Part shown: one piece after another, positions 53,056 to 62,868 of the stretch | How positions within the stretch are numbered: position 1 is the stretch's first letter | Layout: the number at the start of each line of letters is the position of its first letter | Assembly: GCA_963804995.1 (NCBI GenBank) | Contig: CAWDSK010000005.1 | Coordinates: forward strand, 512,001 to 576,000 | DNA: 64,000 nt | Direction: 5' to 3' | From: an uncultured Acidobacteriota bacterium | Lineage (GTDB): Bacteria > Acidobacteriota > Terriglobia > UBA7540 | Position numbers and translations under genes: made by a program | Notes under the pieces: model-generated | The model's database searches: none | Seen by the model: the letters and a program-made list of their open reading frames with translations, nothing else | Told to the model about the DNA's origin: nothing

Positions 53056-53964
53056 GAGCTTATCCGTAAATAATAATCGTCTGTCGCCAGCAGATCATGG
53101 CCGCGGCTAAGGTTAGTAGGGCGACGTAGCTTTCCTCGGTCTTTTCAAAGCTCACCAACACCTTACGGTATCGGTTGAGCCAGGAATGGGTCCGCTCGAC
53201 CACCCAGCGGCGCGCCTTGTAACCGGGGACGAGGAGCTTTGCTTTCATCTCTTCTCGCCGTTGCTTGATATGCGGCCGGTAGTGGCGGTTCGTGGCCGCT
53301 TGCCGAGCGCGGGATCCCTTGTAACCCGCATCGGCGCAGAGGTGCTGGGGCTTTCTCGGTCTCGGCGCCGGTCGCGCTCTCACCACCTGGTCGAGGGTGG
53401 TGGCCAGCAGCTTCACATCATGGACGTTGGCTCCGCTGACGGCGAGCGACAGTGGGACGCCACGCCCGTCGACTAACAAACTTCGCTTGCGCCCATTTTT
53501 TTCCCCGATCCGTGGGATTCGGTCCCACACACGCCAAGGCCAGAGGGGCTTTCACCAAGGCCCCGTCGATGCTTTGCCAGTCCCAGGCAATGCCCTCCAG
53601 ATCATCGTACTCAGCCAGCCCCGACCGCCACAGCGCCAGAAAGAAACCCGCCCGCTGCCACTGTTGAAAATGCTTGTGGATCGCGCTCGCGCTGCCGAAT
53701 TCCTTGGGCAAGGCCCTCCACTGACACCCCGTGCGTAGCACATACACAATGGCCGAGAAGATCCGGCGCGCCGGCATCGGCTTCCTCCCACCCCCCGGCT
53801 TCCGTCTATACTTTCGACCTTTCGACCGCTGTCGAACGGGAATCAGCGGTTCGACTTTCACCCAAAACTCGTCGGATACTTCCCAAGATTTTATCTGCGG
53901 CATCTTGGGTCATAATCATGCATCAAATTGTAGCAGGCTTCAACTATTATTTACGGATAAGCTC
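53056..53964 (-). mobile_element. IS5-family insertion sequence, 909 bp, complete
   Basis: Perfect 20-bp TIR GAGCTTATCCGTAAATAATA; 3-bp direct repeat TTA at 53053-53055 and 53965-53967. Confidence 0.92.
53060..53903 (-). CDS. IS5-family transposase in two ORFs joined by a +1 shift at GGGGAAAAAAATGG
   Basis: orfA: SDEFW..EPL, YVLRTGCQWRALP, SIDG; orfB: VDGRGVPL, ANVHD, ADAGY, RWVVERTHSWL; A7 run at 53496-53502. Confidence 0.9.
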
Positions 53965-54318
53965 TTAACCTCTGGCGCCCCTTTTTTGGGTTCGTGGTCC
54001 CTCTCAATTACCTTTTCGTTTTCTTCTGCCATAGCGATTCTCCTTTTCAAAGAATAAAGATGCCGACGAGACCGCAAGTGACAAAAAGCCCCCAACGTCC
54101 ACCGTGAAGCCACCGAGCGCCACAAACTCCGCTTGCTGCCTATTCAATCTGCGGTTAGGCGCGAGGGATATGGAGACCCCCTGGATGAACATCATCCGCC
54201 TTCCGTTGCTCTGTCCTGGTTGCACCTGAGACCCTGAGATCCTACAATTTCGTGAGCTTACTTAGCCAACTACCGCTTGGAAGACAGGCAGTCTTTCTAA
54301 CATCGACAATTTGTCACA

Positions 54319-54346
54319 ATCTTAGCACCGGCGGCTGCGGAGTCAA
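54319..54346 (-). promoter_or_regulatory. Putative sigma70 promoter facing the peptide gene
   Basis: Minus strand TTGACT, 16 bp, TAAGAT with an extended TG; palindrome GACAATTTGTC just downstream. Confidence 0.45.
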
Positions 54347-54434
54347 GGCCAATTTTCCTCATTTGTCCGCACTAGTCGCCTTCAATGGCCTGGGGCTCAT
54401 TTTCTGACTTGTGCGCTGATTAGCGGTTTAGTCA

Positions 54435-56249
54435 TCACGGGCGCGCTCCCGATATGACCGGATTAAAGTCCATTTTGTAAATATGGACCTCGTACTCTTT
54501 GCGAATGTCGTCCTGAAAAGTACCATTCGTAATCTCAATCTGCCGGTTCTCATCCAGAACGACTGCGGTCGCATGCGGGGGGAAGTCGCGCAGCGTGAAG
54601 GTGGCGGTCGTTGGCCCACCGGCACGCGCGGCGACAGTAAACATGTAGGTGTTGCCCTGCCACCGCTTGAGCATCATGTCCACGGGCGTGTTTCCATTCG
54701 ACGAGGAGACTCGCACGCCATTGGCGACCGAAGGCGTATTGAGCACGGGGGTGACGGAGGAGATTTGGCGGTTGAGAGCACCCACCATATCCGCCATGGC
54801 CGGATCATGGAGCATGCCGGCGGGATCCAGCTTAGGGGTGATGATATGACAAAAGTAGATGACTCCCAGGCCCCCATGGATAATCAGCATCCACACCTCT
54901 GACTTAACCTGCTCAGGCGTCGGTTTGCCGGCGTTGGTGGCGATAGCCGTCGTCTCCACAGCCTCATAGACGGGCTTCCGGTAATTGGCCCACGCCCTTA
55001 ATTCATCCATCCCTTTGGCCACGTACCACAAGGGCTTGGAGACATTGATCGGATAGCTATCGTAAGAGACGATGTCCGAGCCCTGGATGTAGACAGGGTA
55101 ATCTTCGTAACGGCCGTTGCAGACGCCCCGCAGCGGGTGCCGGTAGTGCTTCTGAGTAAAGTCATCCACCGACTTCCCCACGCCCAGGTACACCGGCCGC
55201 GTCGGTTCGTTCTCTCTGTACTTCTTGTAGACCTCGATGACTTCCGGTGGAGGAACGCAGGGACCGTATCCCTGTCCCTCCTCGAGTTCCTGCGCGTTAT
55301 CGGGTTCATCAATCTGGCCCCAGGCTTTGGTGATGGGCCCCCAGGTGGCGAGGATTTTGTTGCGCTGGTCGGCAACCTCCATTTGTTTGTGCACGCCTAA
55401 GTAAAAAACTCCCATCCCGGCAGCAGCCAGTTCGCTTTCTGAAGCTCGCCGGGGCAGCGCCACGAAGAGGTTGATGCCGAGTTTCTTGTAGGCCTCGGCG
55501 TCGGAAGAATTCTGATACCAGACGCCCAGCGGGAAATAGTTCGGATCACCGTTGGGCGAAGGGCCGTTCGACCACTGTTTGTAGTAGGCCGAACCACCTT
55601 CCCAGGGAAGATAGGTGTCCCCCTTGGGAACATGCGAGGGCACAAACACCACGTCCACCCAATAGTTTGTTCCTTTCTGGGTTTTAGAAGGAAAGGTGCT
55701 TTGGGCCGTGTACTCATAGACGCCGTTCCCTCGGTCCGCCGCATTCTGGAGCACTTCGAGCGTTCCGTTATCGCGGCCCGCGACGAAGTAAAGAGGGTCT
55801 GCCGAATAGTGCCCTGTGTCCGTATGATATGAGGCAACGTAGGTTGTGTCGGCGTTGACAGCTACGCGCCGGGAGAACGTAACTTGCTGCCAGCCTGAGG
55901 CGGTCTCACCCGTGAACGCCGCACTGGCCAGTTTGGCTCCGGTTTCTGACCACAGGGTTCCCACGTGGCTGCCCGTATTCGCGTCCGCTTTATAAAAGCG
56001 GATACCTGTAATCCAGCCGTTCACATGGGCCCGAAACTTGACGCCCACTTCAATGGCTGCGGCATCGCCACTATCCGGGACCTCCGGCAACGATTGTGAA
56101 CCCCAGATGCTCGTTTCGGCCCACGGCGAGTCGTGCGGCGAGCTGGCGGCGCGCGCTGCCCGCCAGTTTCCCAGGGTCGAAATCCCCAACACTGCAACCG
56201 CCAGGGTTACGAGAAGCCGCCAGCCCTTGCATCCGCCCTTCCCAACCAT
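54435..56249 (-). CDS. Exported DUF4082-domain protein with C-terminal glycoside hydrolase-like domain
   Basis: Signal peptide; EVGVKF..GWITGIRFYK..NTGSHVGTLW..YVASY..NYWVDVVF, then FPLGVW, DEPDN, DSYP, ETT. Confidence 0.7.
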   Translation of the reverse strand: MVGKGGCKGWRLLVTLAVAVLGISTLGNWRAARAASSPHDSPWAETSIWGSQSLPEVPDSGDAAAIEVGVKFRAHVNGWITGIRFYKADANTGSHVGTLWSETGAKLASAAFTGETASGWQQVTFSRRVAVNADTTYVASYHTDTGHYSADPLYFVAGRDNGTLEVLQNAADRGNGVYEYTAQSTFPSKTQKGTNYWVDVVFVPSHVPKGDTYLPWEGGSAYYKQWSNGPSPNGDPNYFPLGVWYQNSSDAEAYKKLGINLFVALPRRASESELAAAGMGVFYLGVHKQMEVADQRNKILATWGPITKAWGQIDEPDNAQELEEGQGYGPCVPPPEVIEVYKKYRENEPTRPVYLGVGKSVDDFTQKHYRHPLRGVCNGRYEDYPVYIQGSDIVSYDSYPINVSKPLWYVAKGMDELRAWANYRKPVYEAVETTAIATNAGKPTPEQVKSEVWMLIIHGGLGVIYFCHIITPKLDPAGMLHDPAMADMVGALNRQISSVTPVLNTPSVANGVRVSSSNGNTPVDMMLKRWQGNTYMFTVAARAGGPTTATFTLRDFPPHATAVVLDENRQIEITNGTFQDDIRKEYEVHIYKMDFNPVISGARP

Positions 56250-56350
56250 GTTCACCCTCCTGGCGCCCGGAGCGCACCACTCCGGCGCTCGGCCCCGATG
56301 ATCAATTTGGAAATAACGCGCTATCGGGGCTCGGCGCGCTACCCTCTGTA

Positions 56351-56456
56351 ACCACCCCGTCGCTCGGAGCGCCACCCCTCCTGAATCAGGAGGGGAGTTC
56401 CTAAGTAACTCCCCTCCTCAGATGAGGAGGGGTGGCGCGCTGAGCGCCGGGGTGGT
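56351..56456. repeat. REP-like inverted doublet
   Basis: ACCACCCCG..GCGCCACCCCTCCTGAATCAGGAGGGGAG pairs with CTCCCCTCCTCAGATGAGGAGGGGTGGCGC..CGGGGTGGT. Confidence 0.7.
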
Positions 56457-56585
56457 GCTGACACGGAAATAAAGCGTCAGCAATGACAGCGCAAACGCCA
56501 TTTTCCGACGCCCGGCCCTGAGTCTAAGGGGGCGACAGTTCGTATGCAAACACTTAAATGGACCTTAGATTCTCCCTGCTGGGTG

Positions 56586-58454
56586 TCAACGCGACAGCAC
56601 AGTCAGCAGTGCCTGGTATCCGTCCACGAGCAAACCTTCGTAGCCATGGGGTGTCCCGTCCCAGGCTTTCCAATCGTAGCTCTTGCCATTCGGGCCTGAC
56701 CCCTGGAAGCCGCCTTTTTCAAATCCGCGGAGCATGGGGAACAGGATGGCATCGGCCTCTTGGCGCCGACCCAACTGGTATAACGCTTGGAGGGTGAAAT
56801 AGGCAAAGGACGCGGAGGCGCCGCCATTCTGGTAGATCTGGAAGCCATCGGAGCCGTCCGCTTTTACACCCCCACCCGAAGCCAGGATGTGATGGGCGTA
56901 ATCCTCCCGCCGAATGGGCACCAGGTTGCCGGGCAGGCCGTATTCAAAATGTGTGTAGCCCACCTCTTTCATCTTGGCGAGCAGGCGGTCCATGATCTGA
57001 TTCGCTTTATCCTGGGGAACCAAGCCATAGATGATGGCCGCGCCATTCACGAACAGGAAGTAGTAATCGTGCAGCTTCCCGTCGGCGCTGCGCCAGCCGG
57101 CCAGCACTCCCGTGGCAGGATTGTAGAAGGTGTTGAAATAGACGGAGTGGATTTTCTGGGCGCGAGAGGCATAAAGCTGTGCATCTTCTGGCTTGCCGGC
57201 ACGCCGGGCCATTTCCGCCATTCCCAGCAAGGCATGATAGGCGAGGGCATTGGAGTAAGCGTCCTCATGGGCAAAGCCCACGTCGTCCCACCAGTTCGCC
57301 GGGCGCAACGTGAGTTCCTCCGGCCAGGAGCCGGAGTTGCCGCTTGCCGGGTATTCCAGCAACCCGTTTCCCTCCCGGTCCATGGCGAGCATCCTGGTGG
57401 CCCAGCCCTTCAGTCCCGGATAGTTCTTTTCGAGCCACACAACATCATTGCTGCCCCGGACATAATCCCACGCGGCGATCAACAGTGAGGGGTAGCTATC
57501 CAGGTAGTCGTAACGAGTCTTGGCATCATTGGGCATAAATCCCGCCATACCGTATGCCTTCATCCCGCTGAGGTAACGGTCCAGAGTCTGGTGGAGCAGG
57601 TCCAGTGCGGTCAGCCCTGGCGCGAGGGGCGGAGTGCGCTCGGCCATGGAGGAATATTCGAATAAGGTGAAGGCACACGGATCGCTGGCCGCGTTGTTGG
57701 CCAGCACGCGTAACCGGGGGTTCAGTTGAAAAATATCGATCCAGTTGCGGCGGAATCCGTCAAAGCGCGCGTCGCGCGCCAGTTCCGGCGGGCCGGGATA
57801 AATCGCCACCACATCCAGGGTGTAATCGAGGTCGGGCCTGGCAGCGGAGGCCGGGGAAAAGGTCACCTTCACGTAGTCGCCCTCCTGTTTAGACGGCGGC
57901 TTGTCGGGCGACGGCTCCTCAACATTCCGGAAGGCGTCGTACCCCAGCGCCAATCCCTGTGCGGGACTGGAAGAGATTCGGAAGGTTCCCTGATCGGGCA
58001 GATTCAGAAGCGCGGGAAGGCGGACACTGCCGTCATCGTTGATATAGCCCAACAACGTGGCATGGTTGAGGTAGGAATCAAAGTTCAGCACCAACGGGGG
58101 AGGGGGATTCCCCTCGGCAAAATGTGAGCGCAGGTGAATTTTCTGGGCGGAAAACTCGAAGGTCCAGGCGGGCTGGGTTCCGGGCGAGTCGCCGGAGGGG
58201 CGATACTCAAAGGCCGTGCCTACGTGACGCACCACGTAGGTTGTCTTCGCTTTGGCCGGCGGCCGGAGTGCGCTGAGGCTAAGCTTGCTCTTGCCTAGTG
58301 AATCCACCGCCAGGGCTACAAAAGCAGGCTGGTCCGGCGCTAATTCCACACGCAGGAAAGTGGACTGGTATTGCAGTATGTTCTTCTGCTGTCCTGCTGC
58401 GCCTGATACGAACGCTATAAGTGCAGCTATCAAGATCACAACTCTTTTATGCAT
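56586..58454 (-). CDS. Exported (alpha/alpha)6 glycoside hydrolase-like protein
   Basis: Signal peptide; AAWDYV....D..WL, DREGNGLLE, NWWD, DAYSNALAY.AL..MA, YQNGG. Confidence 0.65.
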   Translation of the reverse strand: MHKRVVILIAALIAFVSGAAGQQKNILQYQSTFLRVELAPDQPAFVALAVDSLGKSKLSLSALRPPAKAKTTYVVRHVGTAFEYRPSGDSPGTQPAWTFEFSAQKIHLRSHFAEGNPPPPLVLNFDSYLNHATLLGYINDDGSVRLPALLNLPDQGTFRISSSPAQGLALGYDAFRNVEEPSPDKPPSKQEGDYVKVTFSPASAARPDLDYTLDVVAIYPGPPELARDARFDGFRRNWIDIFQLNPRLRVLANNAASDPCAFTLFEYSSMAERTPPLAPGLTALDLLHQTLDRYLSGMKAYGMAGFMPNDAKTRYDYLDSYPSLLIAAWDYVRGSNDVVWLEKNYPGLKGWATRMLAMDREGNGLLEYPASGNSGSWPEELTLRPANWWDDVGFAHEDAYSNALAYHALLGMAEMARRAGKPEDAQLYASRAQKIHSVYFNTFYNPATGVLAGWRSADGKLHDYYFLFVNGAAIIYGLVPQDKANQIMDRLLAKMKEVGYTHFEYGLPGNLVPIRREDYAHHILASGGGVKADGSDGFQIYQNGGASASFAYFTLQALYQLGRRQEADAILFPMLRGFEKGGFQGSGPNGKSYDWKAWDGTPHGYEGLLVDGYQALLTVLSR

Positions 58455-58684
58455 GAATTACTCCTCGCCTGACGCAATAGTCGTCCCCCGTATACGTTCC
58501 CGAAGATTGTTTGTCAAGGAAAACACAGAATGACCCCGGTAAAACGCCGGGAGACTTTGCCCGGCAGAAGAATTGCTATAGACAGAAGCAGGTGCTTAGC
58601 GGTTAAATCTCAACGATTGAAACGGCGCCATTCACTGATTTCATTATCAGCGTAAATCCACACTTGGCCCCCTGGAGGTATTCA

Positions 58685-61060
58685 ATGTTATCGAAAAAGC
58701 TGCTTATGATCGGCAGTCTCGTGACGGCTCTGCTGTTCTCCCTATGCGGCGTGTATTTTGCACAAGCCGGCAATGATAAGCCTATCTACCTCGACCCCAC
58801 GCGGACGGTTGAGGAGCGTGTCAATGACCTGATGAGCCGCATGACACTTAAAGAAAAGGTCGGCCAACTTAATTTGCCCTGTGTTTACGTGGATGATCTG
58901 GGAAAGACCATTCCCGAAAAGCGCGAGGCGTGCAAGCGATTCACCGCCGGAACCTATACCAATGAAATTGGTCCGGCCTGCGGATTCTTTACCCTCGCCA
59001 ATGAAGTCATGCGTGACGGGAATGCCCGCCACTATGCGGAGTACTTCAACGAGCTCCAGAAGATCGCGGTCACCCAGACGCGGCTGAAAATCCCCGTGAT
59101 GCAAGATGAGGAGGGAACGCACGGCGCCATGTATCCCGGGGCAACAATTTTCCCGGAGGGCCTGGCGATTGGCAGCTCGTTCGATCTGGAATTGGTGAGA
59201 GCAATCTACGCAGCCGCGGCTGCGGAATCCCGCTCCATCGGCATCCACATGCTCTCCACCCTGGTGATGGAATTGGACCGCGATCCCCGCATGGGTCGAA
59301 ACGAGGAAGCCTACACGGAAGATCCCTATCTCTACATGCGGATTGGTGAGGAGATCGTGCATGGCACCCAGGGCACCAACCTGGCCAGCCCGGACACGGT
59401 CATCGCAGTGCTGACGGATTTCCCCACGCAAAGCTCTCCTGCCGCCGGACTGGAGCGCGGGGCGATTGAAGTTTCCGAACGCTCCCTGCGTGAGAACGAT
59501 ATGTGGCCCTGGATTGGTGCGATCACCAAAGCCGGAGGGCTGGGCGTGATGGCGGGTTATCCCGAAGTCGAAGACGTCCCCTCCCACGGCTCGGTGAAAT
59601 GGATGAACGATATTCTTCGCAAGGATATCGGCTTCGAGGGCGTCGTGGAAAGCGAAGGCGGCGGCTTCTCAACATTGCAATACGAGCAGATCGTTCCCAC
59701 TCAGAAAGAAGCCGGGGCGCTGGCGCTCAAGGCTGGAGTCGATTTGAACATTACTTATGAACCCGCCTACATGGGCCCCCTGGTCGAGGCGGTGGAACAA
59801 GGCATGGTGCCGATGGCGCTTGTGGATCGGGCGCTGCGCCGCGTGCTGAAATTGAAGTTCCAATTGGGCCTGTTTGAGAATCCCTACGTCGACGTGGACC
59901 GCGCCGCCAGCATCGTGCATTCGCAGGCGAACCAGGATCTGGCGTTGCGCGCGGGTCGCGAAGGCATTGTGCTGCTGAAGAATGAGAAGGGTGTGCTGCC
60001 CCTCAAAAAGGGCCTGAAGTCGGTGGCGGTGATTGGTCCGGACGCCGACAACCTGATGAATCAACTGGGCGATTATTCGCCCAAGGCGATTCCGCAGCAC
60101 GTGGTGAGCATTCTGGAAGGCATCAAAGCCGCCGCCGGTCCGCAAGCCAAAGTGACCGCGGTGAAGGGCTGCACGGTGTTGGGCGATGATAAGAGCGGAT
60201 TCGCCGAAGCCGTCCGCGCCGCCAAGAATGCCGAGGTGGCGATTGTGGTGGTGGGGGAAAACCAGGGTCAGAATGATGTGGACGAAGAAAAGGACCCGCC
60301 CACGGACGGTGAAGGGCACGACATCGCCAACCTTGATTTGACCGGCGTCCAGGAAGACCTGGTGCGCGCCGTCTACGAAACCGGCACTCCCACGGTGGTG
60401 GTGCTGGTCAACGGCCGGCCGCTGTCCACTCGCTGGACTGCGGAGCACGTGCCGGCCATTGTCGAAGCGTGGCGGCCCGGTGAGCTGGGAGGCACCGCGG
60501 TGGCTGACGTTCTGTTTGGTAATTACAACCCCAGCGGCCGCCTGGCCATCACCATTCCCCGCCACTCCGGCCAGTTGCCCGCTTACTACAACTATAAGCC
60601 CTCCAAGGAGTATTGGATGAGCCAGTCATGGACCAAGAACCGAGGTTACGTGGACATGCCCGGCACGCCGCTGTATCCCTTTGGCTATGGCTTGAGCTAT
60701 ACCAAGTATGAGTATAGTAATCTTCGCATCGATCCTCCCATGATTCGTTCCGGAGGCGAGGCGCGCGTCAGCGTGGACGTCAAGAATACCGGCGACCGCG
60801 CGGGCGTCGAGACCGTGCAACTCTACACGCATGAAAAGTTCGCCCCCGTCTCCACACCCATCAAGCAACTGCACGGGTTTGAGCGAGTGGCGCTGGGCCC
60901 GGGCGAAAGCAAGTCTGTGACGCTGACCCTTACCCCTGAGGATCTCCAGTTACTCGACATCGACATGCAATGGCGTGTGGTGCCGGGCGACTTTGAAATC
61001 ATGGTGGGCAAGTCGTCGGCGGAAATTCCGCTCCAGGGGATCTTGAAGGTAACGCCGTAG
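58685..61060 (+). CDS. Glycoside hydrolase family 3 with fibronectin III-like C-terminus (atypical active-site motifs)
   Basis: ERVNDLMSRMTLKEKVGQL, RDPRMGRNEE..EDP, VLLKN...LPL, GEG.D, NPSGRL, PLYPFGYGLSYT. Confidence 0.9.
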   Translation: MLSKKLLMIGSLVTALLFSLCGVYFAQAGNDKPIYLDPTRTVEERVNDLMSRMTLKEKVGQLNLPCVYVDDLGKTIPEKREACKRFTAGTYTNEIGPACGFFTLANEVMRDGNARHYAEYFNELQKIAVTQTRLKIPVMQDEEGTHGAMYPGATIFPEGLAIGSSFDLELVRAIYAAAAAESRSIGIHMLSTLVMELDRDPRMGRNEEAYTEDPYLYMRIGEEIVHGTQGTNLASPDTVIAVLTDFPTQSSPAAGLERGAIEVSERSLRENDMWPWIGAITKAGGLGVMAGYPEVEDVPSHGSVKWMNDILRKDIGFEGVVESEGGGFSTLQYEQIVPTQKEAGALALKAGVDLNITYEPAYMGPLVEAVEQGMVPMALVDRALRRVLKLKFQLGLFENPYVDVDRAASIVHSQANQDLALRAGREGIVLLKNEKGVLPLKKGLKSVAVIGPDADNLMNQLGDYSPKAIPQHVVSILEGIKAAAGPQAKVTAVKGCTVLGDDKSGFAEAVRAAKNAEVAIVVVGENQGQNDVDEEKDPPTDGEGHDIANLDLTGVQEDLVRAVYETGTPTVVVLVNGRPLSTRWTAEHVPAIVEAWRPGELGGTAVADVLFGNYNPSGRLAITIPRHSGQLPAYYNYKPSKEYWMSQSWTKNRGYVDMPGTPLYPFGYGLSYTKYEYSNLRIDPPMIRSGGEARVSVDVKNTGDRAGVETVQLYTHEKFAPVSTPIKQLHGFERVALGPGESKSVTLTLTPEDLQLLDIDMQWRVVPGDFEIMVGKSSAEIPLQGILKVTP

Positions 61061-61174
61061 CGGTGGAGGGGGCGGGGAGGACGTGGCGGAGATGCAAGGG
61101 CAAGGCAAAAGGCAAAGTGTAAAAGGCAAAAGTGAAAAGTCCTTGCGCAGAGTGGTTCTCCGCTGGATCCTACA

Positions 61175-61346
61175 ACCCCCTCACCCCCGGCCCCGCTGTT
61201 GCCGCGGCGACCAAGGGCGGAGTTAATTTGAATCTACTCGGAGGAGGGAAGGAGGTTGATTTGAATCTATAGCCCTCGCCCCTTTGGGGGAGAGGGTGGA
61301 CCGCAGCCGGCGTTCTCATCAGCCGGGGCGGGACGGGTGAGGGGGT
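61175..61346. repeat. Degenerate MITE-core / REP-like doublet lacking the CTAG termini
   Basis: ACCCCCTCACCCCC... and GCCCTCGCCCCTTTGGGGGAGAGGGTGG..GGCGTTCTCATCAGCCG..GACGGGTGAGGGGGT match the MITE interior. Confidence 0.75.
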
Positions 61347-61474
61347 CGCCTACGAACTAATTTAGCAGGCAGCAGCGCTACACTCGTGCTCCTGAAGAAG
61401 TTCCGCAGGTTACTGTCCGCGCGTGGCACAGAGACGAGAAATGCACAGCCCAAACCAGATTTGGAGGTATTGAC

Positions 61475-62836
61475 ATGTTTAGAAGGTTAGGCACGCTCAT
61501 CGCTTTTCTAGCGCTCTGCGCCTTCTGCCACGGTCCGGCGGCGAGGGGACAGGATCCTGCCATGAAGCGCCTGACCGCCCGTGGGTTGGACTCCGGTTTC
61601 GAACTCTCGAACGGAACCTTCAACGGGATGTTAGCCGCGAGCAATGGCAAGATCTACTATGTCCTTTGCGCGGCTACGATCGACACAGGCGCGCAGATGT
61701 ATTCGTACGATCCCTCGACGGACAAGATCGAGCACCTGGGCGACCTGACCGAAGCGGCTGGGGAAAAGGGCCTCAAGACCGTTCCGCAAGGCAAGAGCCA
61801 CGTGAACTTTGTGGAATCCAACGGAAAGCTCTACTTCGCTACCCACGTCGACTGGTACAGCGTGCAAGGTGGCCTGGAACTTATGGCGCCGCCCCCGCCC
61901 GGATACAAGCCTTATCCCGGCGGCCACTTTCTTTCGTACGACATGAACTCCGGAAAATTCGAGAACCTGGGGAAAGCGCCGGCAGGGCAGGGAATCATTT
62001 CGATGAGCATGGATACCCAGCGCGGCCGGCTTTACGGTCTCACTTGGCCTTCCGGTTATTTCCTGCGTCTTGACCTGAAGTCCGGCGAGTTGAAGAACCT
62101 CGGCCCCCTGTACAGAGATGGAGAGAATGGTCAGATGACGCGTCGGGTTCTGTGCCGGGCGCTGCCGGTCGATCCGCGGGATGGCTCCGTCTATTTCACC
62201 AACGCCGATGGCGATATCCTGCGCTATAGCTACGATCGCGATGCCATTGAGACCGTCCAGGGAGACAACCTGCGGAAGGATTATTTTGGCGCCTGGGATC
62301 CCTTGTCTGGACAAGACATGGGATACAACTGGCGGCAGGCATTCTGGTACGCTCCTGAAAACGCCATCTACGCCATTCACGGACGCTCCGGCTATGTGTT
62401 CCGGTTCGATCCCCGGGCGGAGCGAGTGGATGTGGTGCAGCGCATTGCGTCAGAAGCCACCATGCGAAGTGGTATGTACGATGATTTCCATTACGGCTAT
62501 CTCAGCTTAACGCTCGGGCCGGACGGTCACACCCTGTATTACCTGACGGAAGGCGCCATCGTCGAGAATGGAAGGCGTGTCGTTGTGTACGCGCGGCCAC
62601 CGGGAGCAAGGCCAGGAGCACGGGGGGAACCGATTGAGGACCTACACCTGATAACCTACGATATTCCGGCCGTGAAATACGCCGATCACGGCGCGGTTTT
62701 CTTCAGCGACGGCGGGCGACCTGGCCTCGTCAACTCGATTGCGGTGGGCAAGGATGGTTCGACCTACTGCCTTACCGAAATTCCCGGCAGCGGTCGGCGG
62801 CACGTGGACCTGGTCCGCATTCCTCCGGTTGAGTAG
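61475..62836 (+). CDS. Exported hypothetical protein, probable beta-propeller
   Basis: GGAGG RBS; signal peptide; repeated (S/N)GK(I/L)Y..., YD....G.....LG blade-like units. Confidence 0.6.
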   Translation: MFRRLGTLIAFLALCAFCHGPAARGQDPAMKRLTARGLDSGFELSNGTFNGMLAASNGKIYYVLCAATIDTGAQMYSYDPSTDKIEHLGDLTEAAGEKGLKTVPQGKSHVNFVESNGKLYFATHVDWYSVQGGLELMAPPPPGYKPYPGGHFLSYDMNSGKFENLGKAPAGQGIISMSMDTQRGRLYGLTWPSGYFLRLDLKSGELKNLGPLYRDGENGQMTRRVLCRALPVDPRDGSVYFTNADGDILRYSYDRDAIETVQGDNLRKDYFGAWDPLSGQDMGYNWRQAFWYAPENAIYAIHGRSGYVFRFDPRAERVDVVQRIASEATMRSGMYDDFHYGYLSLTLGPDGHTLYYLTEGAIVENGRRVVVYARPPGARPGARGEPIEDLHLITYDIPAVKYADHGAVFFSDGGRPGLVNSIAVGKDGSTYCLTEIPGSGRRHVDLVRIPPVE

Positions 62837-62868
62837 CTGGTAGCGGCTACAACAAATCTAACTCAGGA

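Larger units (their letters stand above)
52989..54032 (-). pseudogene. IS-interrupted 43-aa peptide with double-glycine leader motif
   Basis: Removing IS 53056-53964 and one TTA gives MAEENEKVIERDHEPKKGAPEVKNQLADKEVEKVVGG-VQPIDY*; AAGGAG RBS upstream. Confidence 0.7.
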
